Source: an uncultured bacterium
GTDB taxonomy: Bacteria > SAR324 > XYD2-FULL-50-16
Assembly (NCBI GenBank): GCA_965602905.1
Contig: CBFCZY010000003.1
Coordinates: 86,064 to 150,063 of the forward strand
Direction of reading: 5' to 3'
Length of the DNA stretch: 64,000 nt
A program made the position numbers and the translations under genes. Below the pieces are notes generated by a model, which worked only from the letters and a program-made list of their open reading frames with translations, did not search any database and had not been told where the DNA came from. Shown here one piece after another: positions 19,573 through 28,416 of this stretch; within the stretch, counting starts at the first letter, position 1; each line of letters opens with the position of its first letter.

Positions 19573-21521
19573 TAAGCTTCTCCCTTCTTTTTGCGAAGTT
19601 GAGCTGGCTTATAGGCAATGGAATAAAACATACCTACAATAAAGAATCCCATGGAAGCCCAAACAAGGTTTACTAGAGGGTTAATGTATACGTTTAAAGT
19701 AACAGAGCCATCTTCATTTAAGCTAGAAAGACTAATATATAAATCTTCGCCTAAGGTTCTGTATATAGCAACCTCAGTCATGGGTTCAGGCCGAGTAGGG
19801 TAAAAGGCCTTCACAGGTCTGATATTCCCTAAATAAAGTCCATCTGCTTCCAAGGTTAAATCGGCGCCTACGTGGCGAGCATTTTTTGCTTGGTAGTTCA
19901 CTTCTCGAAGGAACTTTATTTTGTACTTACCAACCTGTTCCATTTGATTTGGGTAAAGGGTAAAGGCCTTTTCCTGACCATAAAAGTTACCACAGAAACC
20001 AATGACCAAAACGACCATTCCAAGGTGAACAATCATGCCACCTCGTTTTCTTTTATCAGTCCAAATTTTACTTAAGAAAGTTTGCTCGCCCTTAGCCTTT
20101 GCTCGGCTGAAGGATTTGAATAGCTCTACTGAAACTGTCCAGCCAGCAAAAAAGCCCATGGCGCTTAAAAATGCAAATTGCCACTGGATCTGAAATACAA
20201 ATAGGCCCGCTAGGATCAAGACAATAGACAAGACACTAGGAGCAAGAAGATTTTTCTTTAACATCTTCTGGCTAGTGTTCTTCCAACCTAAAACTTGAGT
20301 GATGCCCATAATCAACACTAAAAAGATGCCTAAGGGCAGCATGATACTGTTGAAAAAAGGTGCTTGGATAGAAAGCTTTTTATCAAATAAACCCTCTGCT
20401 AAAAGTGGGAAAATAGTACCGTATAAAACAGTAAAGCACATGCCCACAAAGAGTACATTGTTGAGTAAAAACCCATTTTCTTTAGACAGCATTCCAGCCT
20501 TGCCTTCTGGCTGGCGGAAATGGTTTGGCTTTAAAATAACCAAGGTGTGGGAAGCAACTAAGATAATAGCAATAAAAACCAAAAAGGCAGGGCCGATGTT
20601 GGATTTTGAAAAGGCATGAACTGAGTTCAAGACACCTGATCTTGTGATAAATGTTCCTAAAATCGTCAGGGAAAAAGTTGCAATGAGCAGCAACATATTC
20701 CAAAGCTTGAGCCTGTTGCGTTTTTCCTGAACAATTACCGAATGGAGATAAGCTGTACCTGTTAACCAAGGCATTAGACTTGCGTTTTCTACAGGGTCCC
20801 ATGCCCAGTAACCGCCCCAACCAAGTTCGATATAGGCCCAGTTACCGCCTAAGATCATACCTGTTGTGAGGAAGAACCAACTAATCAGCGTCCAACGTCT
20901 CGTGGCTAAAATCCAATCGTCACTTTCTTTCCCAGCCCAGAGGCTAGCCATAGCAAAGGCAAAGGGGACGTTAAAACCAACATAACCTAGGTATAGGGTT
21001 GGCGGGTGGATCACCATTCCAGGATTTTGCAAAAGTGGGTTTAAACCTCTGCCTTCACCGACAGTGGGGAAGTTTTGCAGAAAAGGATTTGACCAACCAA
21101 TAAGTAGAAACAGCAAAAAGATACTAGAGAAACCTAAGATCACCAAAATATGAGGTAAGATCTCTTTATTTTGCTTCTGGTAGCGAATAGCAATAATGGC
21201 GGTAAAGAAAGAAAGAATCAGCTGCCAAAGTAGCAAACTTCCATCCAAACCACCCCAGACAGCTGTGATTTTATAAAATAAAGGTAAATCAGTACTGGAA
21301 TTGTTAGCCACAAACTTTACAGAAAAGTCGTTGGTTAAAAAAGCGTAGGTTAAAGCAAAGTAAGCCGTCACAACCATTGCAAAGGTGGCAAGGTGGGCAT
21401 TTCTGGCCGATGTGATCAAATTTGCCGAATTTCTTTTGATTCCAGTGATGCCTGCAAAGACACCGTAGGATGTTAAAACCAATGCTGCGAGCATTGCATA
21501 GTAGCCAAAGTCAACAATCAT
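19572..21521 (-). CDS. ccmF: cytochrome c-type biogenesis heme lyase subunit CcmF
   Basis: 649-aa polytopic membrane protein with the WGGYWAWDPVEN tryptophan-rich motif. Confidence 0.9.
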   Translation of the reverse strand: MIVDFGYYAMLAALVLTSYGVFAGITGIKRNSANLITSARNAHLATFAMVVTAYFALTYAFLTNDFSVKFVANNSSTDLPLFYKITAVWGGLDGSLLLWQLILSFFTAIIAIRYQKQNKEILPHILVILGFSSIFLLFLLIGWSNPFLQNFPTVGEGRGLNPLLQNPGMVIHPPTLYLGYVGFNVPFAFAMASLWAGKESDDWILATRRWTLISWFFLTTGMILGGNWAYIELGWGGYWAWDPVENASLMPWLTGTAYLHSVIVQEKRNRLKLWNMLLLIATFSLTILGTFITRSGVLNSVHAFSKSNIGPAFLVFIAIILVASHTLVILKPNHFRQPEGKAGMLSKENGFLLNNVLFVGMCFTVLYGTIFPLLAEGLFDKKLSIQAPFFNSIMLPLGIFLVLIMGITQVLGWKNTSQKMLKKNLLAPSVLSIVLILAGLFVFQIQWQFAFLSAMGFFAGWTVSVELFKSFSRAKAKGEQTFLSKIWTDKRKRGGMIVHLGMVVLVIGFCGNFYGQEKAFTLYPNQMEQVGKYKIKFLREVNYQAKNARHVGADLTLEADGLYLGNIRPVKAFYPTRPEPMTEVAIYRTLGEDLYISLSSLNEDGSVTLNVYINPLVNLVWASMGFFIVGMFYSIAYKPAQLRKKKGEA

Positions 21522-21526
21522 AATTT

Positions 21527-21964
21527 TTATTGGGCCATAGATTTATAGTAGTCAGCTTTTTTATCAGAATGTTTTTCAACTTTGTATTCTTCTGAATGCT
21601 TGACTAGCAGTTTTGTAGCTGTGAGTTGACCTGGTCCTGTGAGTTTTCCCTCAACAACAACCCCTTGGCCTTCTTTGAACATGTCAGGCTTAGAGCCTAC
21701 ATAAGAGACGTCTAGAAAATGTTGGCCATCTTCTGTAATGCGAAAGCCTAATTTTGTGTCTTTTGGTTCCCATGTTACAGAGCCAGTTTCGATAAGGCCC
21801 ATAACTCGAATTTTCTCACCCATAAAGTCGTCTGGGCTTGCTAGAATTTCAGCAGGAGTGCGGTAGTAAGTCATGTTGTCGCCGCTGATAGAAGTAAACA
21901 GGGCAATAGCGATAGCAACAACTAGCCCACCGCCGATCAAATATTTTTTAGTGTTGGAATTCAT
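21527..21964 (-). CDS. ccmE: heme chaperone CcmE
   Basis: N-terminal anchor, OB-fold region and the C-terminal LVKHSEEY heme-binding His/Tyr motif. Confidence 0.85.
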   Translation of the reverse strand: MNSNTKKYLIGGGLVVAIAIALFTSISGDNMTYYRTPAEILASPDDFMGEKIRVMGLIETGSVTWEPKDTKLGFRITEDGQHFLDVSYVGSKPDMFKEGQGVVVEGKLTGPGQLTATKLLVKHSEEYKVEKHSDKKADYYKSMAQ

Positions 21965-22089
21965 TGGTTAATCTCTCCCTTTTCTCTTTTGATTTTTGAG
22001 TGCCTTATCAGTAAAGAAACGGCATAGACTGCGATCAGCCCAAGGCTAATAGAGTATGCAGCAATGACATATTGAGCGTTATGAATCAT
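21961..22089 (-). CDS. candidate CcmD-like 42-aa single-TM protein
   Basis: MIHNAQYVIAAYSISLGLIAVYAVSLLIRHSKIKREKGEINQ. Its TGA overlaps the ccmE ATG as ATGA. No SD is obvious and ccmC is absent nearby. Confidence 0.3.
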   Translation of the reverse strand: MIHNAQYVIAAYSISLGLIAVYAVSLLIRHSKIKREKGEINQ

Positions 22090-22408
22090 GATTTTTTTTA
22101 TGGTCAAAGTTAAACTAGAACTCTAAAACAACTCCTTTGAATGATCAACTAGAATCCAATCAAAATAGCCGAGCAGAGCTTATTGTAAATAAGATTAATG
22201 CCTGACTGAGTGTCAGTCTGTAATAAATAAACCTTTTGCTCATCCTTAAAAAAAGTTCATTTAAGGTTTGCCTCTTTAAATAATCTTACTTGCTCTAGGG
22301 TGAATCTTGAGGTAGTATATGAGGAATGAATCACTCTAAGGCCTTGAAAAAAAAGCTTTTACAGTGATCTCTTTTGTGTTATACATAATACAACAGGTTA
22401 GATTTCTT

Positions 22409-22732
22409 ATGGAACAAAACTCCGGTGGCTCTAAAGCCTACCAGATAACAGTCAATCGCCAGCACTTTAGTTTTAGCTGCGACGATGGTGAAAGCCACGT
22501 AAGGCAGGTAGAAAAAAGAATTAACGACGCTGTTGCGGCGCTTAGCCCAGATGGATTAGGCCCACAGTTGAGTGAATACGCCATGAAAATCGCACTACTT
22601 TTAGCGGACTCAGCAGTCCGTTTAGATAGTGGGATGGATCAAAAAGAGGTGACAGCGCGAATTTCGCCCCTCTTGGACGAGCTAGATCGTCTCACCATTG
22701 TAGATGTTAGAGAAGACGAAGAAACAGAATAG
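22409..22732 (+). CDS. zapA: cell division protein ZapA
   Basis: The ITVNRQHFSFSCDDGESHVRQVEKRIND block and the helical C-terminus match the ZapA pattern. The start is set at the first ATG (M16) because the tracked start is GTG. Confidence 0.7.
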   Translation: MEQNSGGSKAYQITVNRQHFSFSCDDGESHVRQVEKRINDAVAALSPDGLGPQLSEYAMKIALLLADSAVRLDSGMDQKEVTARISPLLDELDRLTIVDVREDEETE

Positions 22733-22894
22733 ACCAAAATGGTCTGAACATTTCTGCCCTGTTCGTTATTGTTAGTAAAATTGAGCCTTACTCATGTTTC
22801 GGGGCTGGTCTCTGTTAGTGGTGTGCATGCCCTTTTCATTAAGGGAAGCCTAAAGCTATTATGCTACTCCCACCTGGTAATCCAGGTTCAACAT

Positions 22895-23092
22895 ACTATT
22901 AGCAAACGGCAGGGTGGTTACTTTTAAGCTACAAGATAGCTTTGAGTAGAACTCGTACTATTAGCCAAAGGTTGAGTGGTTACTAAATACCACCTTGACC
23001 ATGAGGTTAGTACGGTTGTTTTAAGCTGCAACGCAGCTTTATAAATAGTAGCCCACGCTACTAGCCATAGGCTAGGGCAGTTACTTTAAAGG
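22895..23092 (+). repeat. three degenerate tandem repeat units (ACTATTAGCnAAAnGG...GTGGTTACT...AAGCTnCAAnnnAGCTTT)
   Basis: Units lie at about 22895..22956, 22957..23059 (with an insertion) and 23060..23092. Each carries an AGCT..AGCT hairpin with compensatory changes (AGCTA-caag-aTAGCT versus AGCTGC-aac-GCAGCT). Confidence 0.6.
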
Positions 23093-23190
23093 AAGTGACC
23101 CCCTTTCGGAGTTCATCCGAATCATCCGCCCAAGGGTTAGAAAGGCTGCTAAGCCGCAAGCGGAAACGCTCCGGTGTTGTTAATGGCTGA

Positions 23191-23288
23191 ATCTTAGGCC
23201 CTGCTGATACTATACTTCGTAGCCCCATAGGTAAAAATCCCCAAGGCTTAATAGGAGTAGCTTTTTACTAAAGCAAAATTCAGTAGAG
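23191..23288 (+). repeat. 98-nt direct repeat, copy A
   Basis: ATCTtAGGCCCTGCTGATACTATACTTCGTAGCCCCATAGGTAAAAATCCCCAAGGCTTAATAGgaGTAGCTTTTTACTAAAGCAAAaTTCAGTAGAG. It differs from copy B at 4 of 98 positions. Confidence 0.8.
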
Positions 23289-23346
23289 TAACCCTGAAGA
23301 TCTTGAGCCAAGTTGTTGGTTCCTGTGTGACAGGAAAGAAGGCCGC

Positions 23347-23444
23347 ATCTCAGGCCCTGCTGATACTATACTTCGTAGCCCCATAGGTAAAAATCCCCAA
23401 GGCTTAATAGAGGTAGCTTTTTACTAAAGCAAATTTCAGTAGAG
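23347..23444 (+). repeat. 98-nt direct repeat, copy B (156-nt period)
   Basis: Near-identical to copy A (94 of 98 positions). The spacer contains the TTCCTGT-gtg-ACAGGAA hairpin. Confidence 0.8.
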
Positions 23445-23554
23445 GAAATTTGAGTTTAATTTGGCGGTGAGAGAAAAAAAGAACCACCTAATGTTTAGTG
23501 CTACAAAGTCATTTGTGGCCCACGCTATAAGCCTAAGGTTGGTAGCTCTTGAAG

Positions 23555-23596
23555 AAGCCACATGCTCAAGTTTTGAGTATGTGGCTTTTTTTTTCT
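23555..23596 (+). terminator. strong Rho-independent terminator (plus strand)
   Basis: AAGCCACAT-gCTCAAgttTTGAGt-ATGTGGCTT: a 9-bp outer stem plus a 5-bp inner stem, followed by TTTTTTTTTCTTT. Confidence 0.7.
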
Positions 23597-23685
23597 TTAA
23601 AATGGGATCTCTATCAGCCGTGAACTTGCTTTTTGGCGCTTGAAAGCACAAGGTAATCTTCGCATTTAAAAAAAATAGGAACAAA

Positions 23686-24099
23686 ATGAAACAGGCTGAA
23701 TACTTTGTAATTTGTGAAAAGGTGATTACCGATACTTCTGGTAAAAATAGCCTGATCAATCTCTTTGAAAATGTGAATACTGAGAGTCTACCTGTTAATT
23801 TGCCTCCCTTTTGTTTTTCTGGAAAATTGGAATTCCCGGAACTCTTAGGTCAGGAAGCAATATTTAGACTGGTTGCAGAAAACCCCATGGGGGAGCAAAA
23901 GACTGCCGTAGATAATATTAAAATGCCAATCAATAACAAGAGATTACATTTGAACTTATTCATTCAGGGGATGACCTTTAGCTTGGCTGGCGATTATTTG
24001 TTTGCTTTGGAAATGAAAGAGGATGAGCAGTGGCAAAGAATTGCCCAGACTAGTTTGGAAGTGAAGGTGAACGACTCCACTAAACCTACTATTAACTAA
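23686..24099 (+). CDS. hypothetical protein (137 aa)
   Basis: AGGA sits 8 nt upstream of the ATG. No domain recognised. Confidence 0.5.
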   Translation: MKQAEYFVICEKVITDTSGKNSLINLFENVNTESLPVNLPPFCFSGKLEFPELLGQEAIFRLVAENPMGEQKTAVDNIKMPINNKRLHLNLFIQGMTFSLAGDYLFALEMKEDEQWQRIAQTSLEVKVNDSTKPTIN

Positions 24100-24264
24100 A
24101 CCTATTGTTTTGAATTTTAGTTTGGCTTGGATGACTTAAGGCCTTGCAGTTGGATTAACAAAGACTGCCTACAGCTCTGCTGATAAAGGTGGTCCCAGAA
24201 AATACTGAAAAAATTAACTAAAAACCACTGCCAAAAAAATCAGTCAAAACACCACCCAAAAAAA

Positions 24265-24558
24265 TCAGCCAAAAAAATCGACACGGCCATTTTCGTCACG
24301 GCCAGGTTTATTGTGCTTTTTTTTCTGTTTGTTGTTTTCCCTATTTTTTATATTTTCACGATCTCGCGCCTCAGCTTCTGATTTGCCGACATTATCAGGA
24401 TCATGCACTTTTCCCTTGGCGTTAACATGTTCCTTTTCTTTGACCACGTTTAAAACCTGAGAGCCGTTGGGAAGCATTTGTGCTTGCGCCTCGGCGAGTT
24501 TTTGCACCCTAGGAATCTGGCTTAAAAGGACTTGCATATTATGGAGGTCAATGCTCAT
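24265..24558 (-). CDS. hypothetical highly charged protein (97 aa)
   Basis: Its start overlaps the stop of the STAS gene by 4 nt. Lys/Glu/Asn-rich C-terminus. Confidence 0.4.
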   Translation of the reverse strand: MSIDLHNMQVLLSQIPRVQKLAEAQAQMLPNGSQVLNVVKEKEHVNAKGKVHDPDNVGKSEAEARDRENIKNRENNKQKKKHNKPGRDENGRVDFFG

Positions 24559-24914
24559 TTTACCTTTTTTTTGAGTTTAGCAGTCAGGCTTTGTTGGTCT
24601 TGCGCCAATAATAATTTTTTGGTTAAGCCTGCGGCGGCAAAGATTTTTAAGTGTTTTTCTTGGGTTGTTAAAATCGCCACCTTTTCTATTGTTTGTGCAA
24701 TTAGGAAGCCAACCAGAGCCAAACCAGAGGCTGTGATCTGGGTCGTATAGTTTAGGTCCAAAATAAAGCGTTCAAAATGGTCATTTTGCAATTTTTTGAT
24801 CTCTGAAATCACTGCTAAAGCTTCAGCCTCGTTCAACACACCTGAGATTTTAAAAACGATGGTCAGGGGCAGTTCTTTCGGGAAATCTATGGTGGTTTTT
24901 TCTGGTTTTAACAT
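24555..24914 (-). CDS. STAS-domain protein (anti-sigma-factor antagonist, SpoIIAA-like)
   Basis: 119 aa. STAS-like core LDLNYTTQITASGLALV. Confidence 0.7.
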   Translation of the reverse strand: MLKPEKTTIDFPKELPLTIVFKISGVLNEAEALAVISEIKKLQNDHFERFILDLNYTTQITASGLALVGFLIAQTIEKVAILTTQEKHLKIFAAAGLTKKLLLAQDQQSLTAKLKKKVK

Positions 24915-25050
24915 AAATTCAATTTTTCTGCCTTTTTATGGCTAGTAACTATCTAATATTATTAAGCTTAAATGGAAACCTTGTGGCCTTTGCTCGGGTG
25001 TGAAATTATATCTCAATTGACTTTACTTAAATCATACCTTTATTTCACTG

Positions 25051-26688
25051 ATGAATCAACTTAGAGACTTAAAACAGCATTTTAGCGGCAATCGCTTACT
25101 GGTAAATATTGTTTTAGATGGCTATGGTCTTGGATCACAAGACTACAAAGATGCAGTCTACCAAGCGAATACTCCTTTTATGGATCATCTACGTGCCACC
25201 TTCGCAAACACTATGATCTACACCCACGGGCTTCATGTAGGCTTACCTGGGGCTACCGACCTTGGTGGCAGTGAAGTAGGGCACTTGACTCTCGGCGCTG
25301 GGCAAATCATTGCCCAAGGGCCAACTATGATCAGCAATGCCATTGCCGATGGTAGTATCTTTGTTCAAGAGCAATACAGAGAAGCCATTGAAAAAGGCAA
25401 GGCTGGCCGCTTGCATCTTTTTGGATTGCTTTCAGATGGTAATGTTCATAGTCATATTGATCATTTTATTGCTGTGATCAAGGATGCCGCAAAAAATGGC
25501 GTTTCTAAGCTTTATCTTCATGTATTAATGGATGGACGTGATGTAGGTATCCAGTCGGCTACCGACTACACAGATCCGATTGAAGAGCTGTTCGCCGAAA
25601 TCTTAAAGGCAAACCCTACCTTTGATTATTCCTTTGCCTCTGCTGGCGGAAGAGAAATTATTTCCATGGACCGAGACCAGAACTGGGCCAAGATCGCAGA
25701 GGGGTATAAAACTCATGTGCTAGGAAATTCAGGAAGGGTTTTTGGGTCCATGAAAGAGGCAATTGAATTTTTCAGGTCGGAAAATAAAGACCTTATCGAC
25801 CAAGATATGCCCCCCTTTAACATTAAAAATGCTGAGGGCCTTGTTCCTAGAATGGAAGATGGCGATGTTTTGTTGGGGATGAATTTTAGGGCAGACCGTG
25901 CCTCCCAATTCGCCAAGGTGATGGACGACCAAAGCTTTACTCCCTTTGCTATGCCTGACCGACCGCAGGTACACTTTGTGGGGATGAGCGTTTATGATGA
26001 AGACACCAACCTACCTAAAAACGTAATTATGGGTAGCCCTGAGGTTAAGAACCCCTTTGGGAAACGCATGTTAGATCTGGGTTATAAGCAGTTTCGTTTA
26101 GCGGAAACCCAAAAGTTTGCCCATGTGACCTTCTTTTTTAATGGTGGTTATCGCAATCCCTTAGACGCTTCCCAAGAGTTGTACCACCTAATAGAATCTG
26201 ATAAAATCCAATCCTTTGCCGATGCGCCAAAGATGAAGGCCTTAGAAATAGCAGCTAAGGCAGAAGAGCTGATTTTATCTGGTGACTATGCCTATGGCTT
26301 GATCAACTTTGCCAACGCCGACATGGTTGGTCACACAGGCAAGATGAAAGAAGCTATTGAAGCGGTGGAAACTGTGGATGTAGCTTTAAAACGTGTGATT
26401 GAAGCAGTGAAAAAGGCAGGTGGAGTAGCGGTGATCACTGCTGACCACGGTAATGCCGATGAAATGCTGATCAAAAATAAGAAAACTGGAGGCGAAGAAG
26501 CTTGTACCAAGCACAGTATTAACCCTGTGCCCTTGGTGGTTTTTGACCCCAATTACAAAGGTGACTATAAATTGCAAAGCTTAGGGGGAAACAATCCCTT
26601 GACCTTAGCTCAGATAGCCGCTACCAATTTTATTCTTTTAGGTTTGGAGCCTCCAACAGATTTGGATTCCCCGCTTTTTGAAATATAA
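25051..26688 (+). CDS. gpmI: 2,3-bisphosphoglycerate-independent phosphoglycerate mutase
   Basis: LDGYGLG N-terminus, the ADHGNADEM metal-binding block, and 545 aa. Confidence 0.9.
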   Translation: MNQLRDLKQHFSGNRLLVNIVLDGYGLGSQDYKDAVYQANTPFMDHLRATFANTMIYTHGLHVGLPGATDLGGSEVGHLTLGAGQIIAQGPTMISNAIADGSIFVQEQYREAIEKGKAGRLHLFGLLSDGNVHSHIDHFIAVIKDAAKNGVSKLYLHVLMDGRDVGIQSATDYTDPIEELFAEILKANPTFDYSFASAGGREIISMDRDQNWAKIAEGYKTHVLGNSGRVFGSMKEAIEFFRSENKDLIDQDMPPFNIKNAEGLVPRMEDGDVLLGMNFRADRASQFAKVMDDQSFTPFAMPDRPQVHFVGMSVYDEDTNLPKNVIMGSPEVKNPFGKRMLDLGYKQFRLAETQKFAHVTFFFNGGYRNPLDASQELYHLIESDKIQSFADAPKMKALEIAAKAEELILSGDYAYGLINFANADMVGHTGKMKEAIEAVETVDVALKRVIEAVKKAGGVAVITADHGNADEMLIKNKKTGGEEACTKHSINPVPLVVFDPNYKGDYKLQSLGGNNPLTLAQIAATNFILLGLEPPTDLDSPLFEI

Positions 26689-26698
26689 GGTTTATAAT

Positions 26699-27733
26699 AT
26701 GTTACATAGTTTTAATTTAAATGAAATTGCAGAGATGACCGCTGGTGAAGTTGTCGGAGATGCAGATGTTGTAATCTCTAGTTTTAATAGCATCTTTGAT
26801 GCTGGGACAGGCGAAATTTGTTTTCTTGCCAACCCTAAATATAAAGACAAGCTTCCTCTTTGTCAGGCTTCAGCAGTCTTTGTTGGTGCTGATGTGGAGT
26901 GCGAAGGAATCAACCTAATTCGAGTGCAAAACCCTCGTTTGGCCTTTGCGCAACTTGTAACGGCTATGGAAAATAAAAAGGAAGAAAGCTGTGAAATTTC
27001 TGAGCTTTCTACAGTCCATCCCACTGCAAATATTGGTGAGAACGTAACTATTTACCCTTATGTTTATGTTGGTGAGCGAGTTACTGTCGGTAAGAACTGC
27101 ATCTTAAAGCCTGGTGTTTATTTGGCAGATGATGTGACTGTCGGTGACGACTGCCATTTGATGGCTCACGTGGCCATTAAAGAAAAATGTGTCATTGGAA
27201 ATAGAGTGATCATCAATTCAGGTGCTGTGATTGGCTCAGAAGGATTTGGTTACGAGCGAGATGGTGACTTACATTATAAGGTGCCACAGGTTGGCAATGT
27301 CATCATTGAAGATGATGTGGAAATTGGTGCACTTTGCGCCATCGATTGCGGCTCTATTGGGCCAACGATTATCGGCAAAGGAAGCAAGACGGATAACTTG
27401 GTGCACATTGCCCACAATGTTCAGTTAGGCCCGAACAATTTAATACTAACTCAGTCCGCTTTGGCTGGTACTGTTAAAACAGGAACCAATGTCTACTTCG
27501 CTGGCCAGTCAGCCTGTATGGACCACATCACCATTGCAGACTACGCCCAAATTGGCGGTAAGTCTGTGGTGACCAGTAACATTGAAGAGGCAGGTGCTTA
27601 TTATGGCTATCCTGCTCGCCCTTACGCTGAGTGGAAGCGTGCAAGTGCATTATTTTATAAGTCCAATGAAACCAGAAAAAAGATCCAAGACTTAGAAAAA
27701 CGCCTTGCAGAACTTGAGGCTAAGAAGGCTTAA
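26699..27733 (+). CDS. lpxD: UDP-3-O-(3-hydroxyacyl)glucosamine N-acyltransferase
   Basis: Left-handed beta-helix hexapeptide repeats with a C-terminal coiled coil. The start is the ATG at 26699 because the tracked start is TTG; AAGG lies 10 nt upstream. Confidence 0.85.
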   Translation: MLHSFNLNEIAEMTAGEVVGDADVVISSFNSIFDAGTGEICFLANPKYKDKLPLCQASAVFVGADVECEGINLIRVQNPRLAFAQLVTAMENKKEESCEISELSTVHPTANIGENVTIYPYVYVGERVTVGKNCILKPGVYLADDVTVGDDCHLMAHVAIKEKCVIGNRVIINSGAVIGSEGFGYERDGDLHYKVPQVGNVIIEDDVEIGALCAIDCGSIGPTIIGKGSKTDNLVHIAHNVQLGPNNLILTQSALAGTVKTGTNVYFAGQSACMDHITIADYAQIGGKSVVTSNIEEAGAYYGYPARPYAEWKRASALFYKSNETRKKIQDLEKRLAELEAKKA

Positions 27734-27735
27734 GT

Positions 27736-28416
27736 ATGAAGGAGTTAGAAAAGGAAATTGGTTACCAGTTCCAGGACCCAAAAATTTTGGAATTGGCATT
27801 GAGTCATAAATCCTACGCTAACGAAGCCCGAACTGGGGATAACGAAAGATTAGAATTTTTAGGGGATGCTGTTTTGCAGATCGTGATCAGCGAGTATCTA
27901 TTTGAGAAATACCCTAGTTGGAATGAAGGTTTACTCTCTCGTTTTCGTGCCGTTTTGGTTTGTGAAACCGGCTTGGAAAGGGTTGCCCAGAAAATCAACT
28001 TAGGTCGCTATATTCTGATTGGCAAAGGTGAAGAGGCCTCCGGTGGCCGTCAAAAAGCTTCCATCTTAGCCAATGTTTCCGAAGCTGTTTTTGCTGCTGT
28101 TTATTTGGATGCAAAAGAAAAGGGAGCCAAGGCTGCCCAAAAAGTTATTTTGTCTTTATTTGAGTCAGAAGTAGAAGACAATGAGGTGAGCTTCGCCTAT
28201 GAAGATGTAAAAACCTATTTTCAAGAATGGGTACAAAAGAAAAAACTGGGCCCCATTGAGTATAAACTCATTAGTGACGATGGGCCTGATCACAGTAAAA
28301 CCTTTGTAATGGCCGTGTTAATCAACGGAAAAGAAATTGCTAGAGGAAGCGGAAAAAACAAAAAAACCGCAGAACAATACGCGGCCTATAAGGCTTTGCA
28401 GGAAATTAAAAAATAA
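27736..28416 (+). CDS. rnc: ribonuclease III
   Basis: ERLEFLGDAVL signature and a C-terminal dsRBD (KTAEQYAAYKALQ). Confidence 0.9.
   Translation: MKELEKEIGYQFQDPKILELALSHKSYANEARTGDNERLEFLGDAVLQIVISEYLFEKYPSWNEGLLSRFRAVLVCETGLERVAQKINLGRYILIGKGEEASGGRQKASILANVSEAVFAAVYLDAKEKGAKAAQKVILSLFESEVEDNEVSFAYEDVKTYFQEWVQKKKLGPIEYKLISDDGPDHSKTFVMAVLINGKEIARGSGKNKKTAEQYAAYKALQEIKK

Noticed and set aside
22801-22832. GGGGCTGGTCTCTG...GGTGTGCATGCC resembles the 5' end of tmRNA (GGGGCUG...GGUGCAUGCC)
   Set aside because: There is no GGNUUCGAC D-loop analogue and no plausible tag reading frame ending in ALAA-type residues followed by a stop. No T-arm plus CAGCCCCACCA 3' acceptor partner exists downstream. 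The similarity is limited to a few short strings.
22790-23190. RNase P RNA, SRP RNA or tRNA
   Set aside because: No GGAAAGUCCGG or ACAGAANCCGGCUUA (RNase P), no SRP domain IV motif, and no cloverleaf with a T-loop GTTCRANYC were found.
22895-23444. CRISPR array
   Set aside because: The repeats are long (60-100 nt), degenerate and directly adjacent, not 25-40-nt identical repeats separated by unique spacers. No cas genes are present.
23436-23759. Tracked ORFs 23436..23759 (minus, 107 aa) and 23461..23643 (plus, 60 aa)
   Set aside because: They run through the direct repeat, the intrinsic terminator and the SD and start of the 23686 gene. They have low-complexity composition and no SD, and are most likely spurious.
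24226-24276. Tandem A-rich CCAAAAAAATCAG-like repeats between convergent genes
   Set aside because: Short, low-complexity, and partly inside the 3' end of the 24265..24558 ORF. Most likely simple-sequence slippage rather than a functional array.
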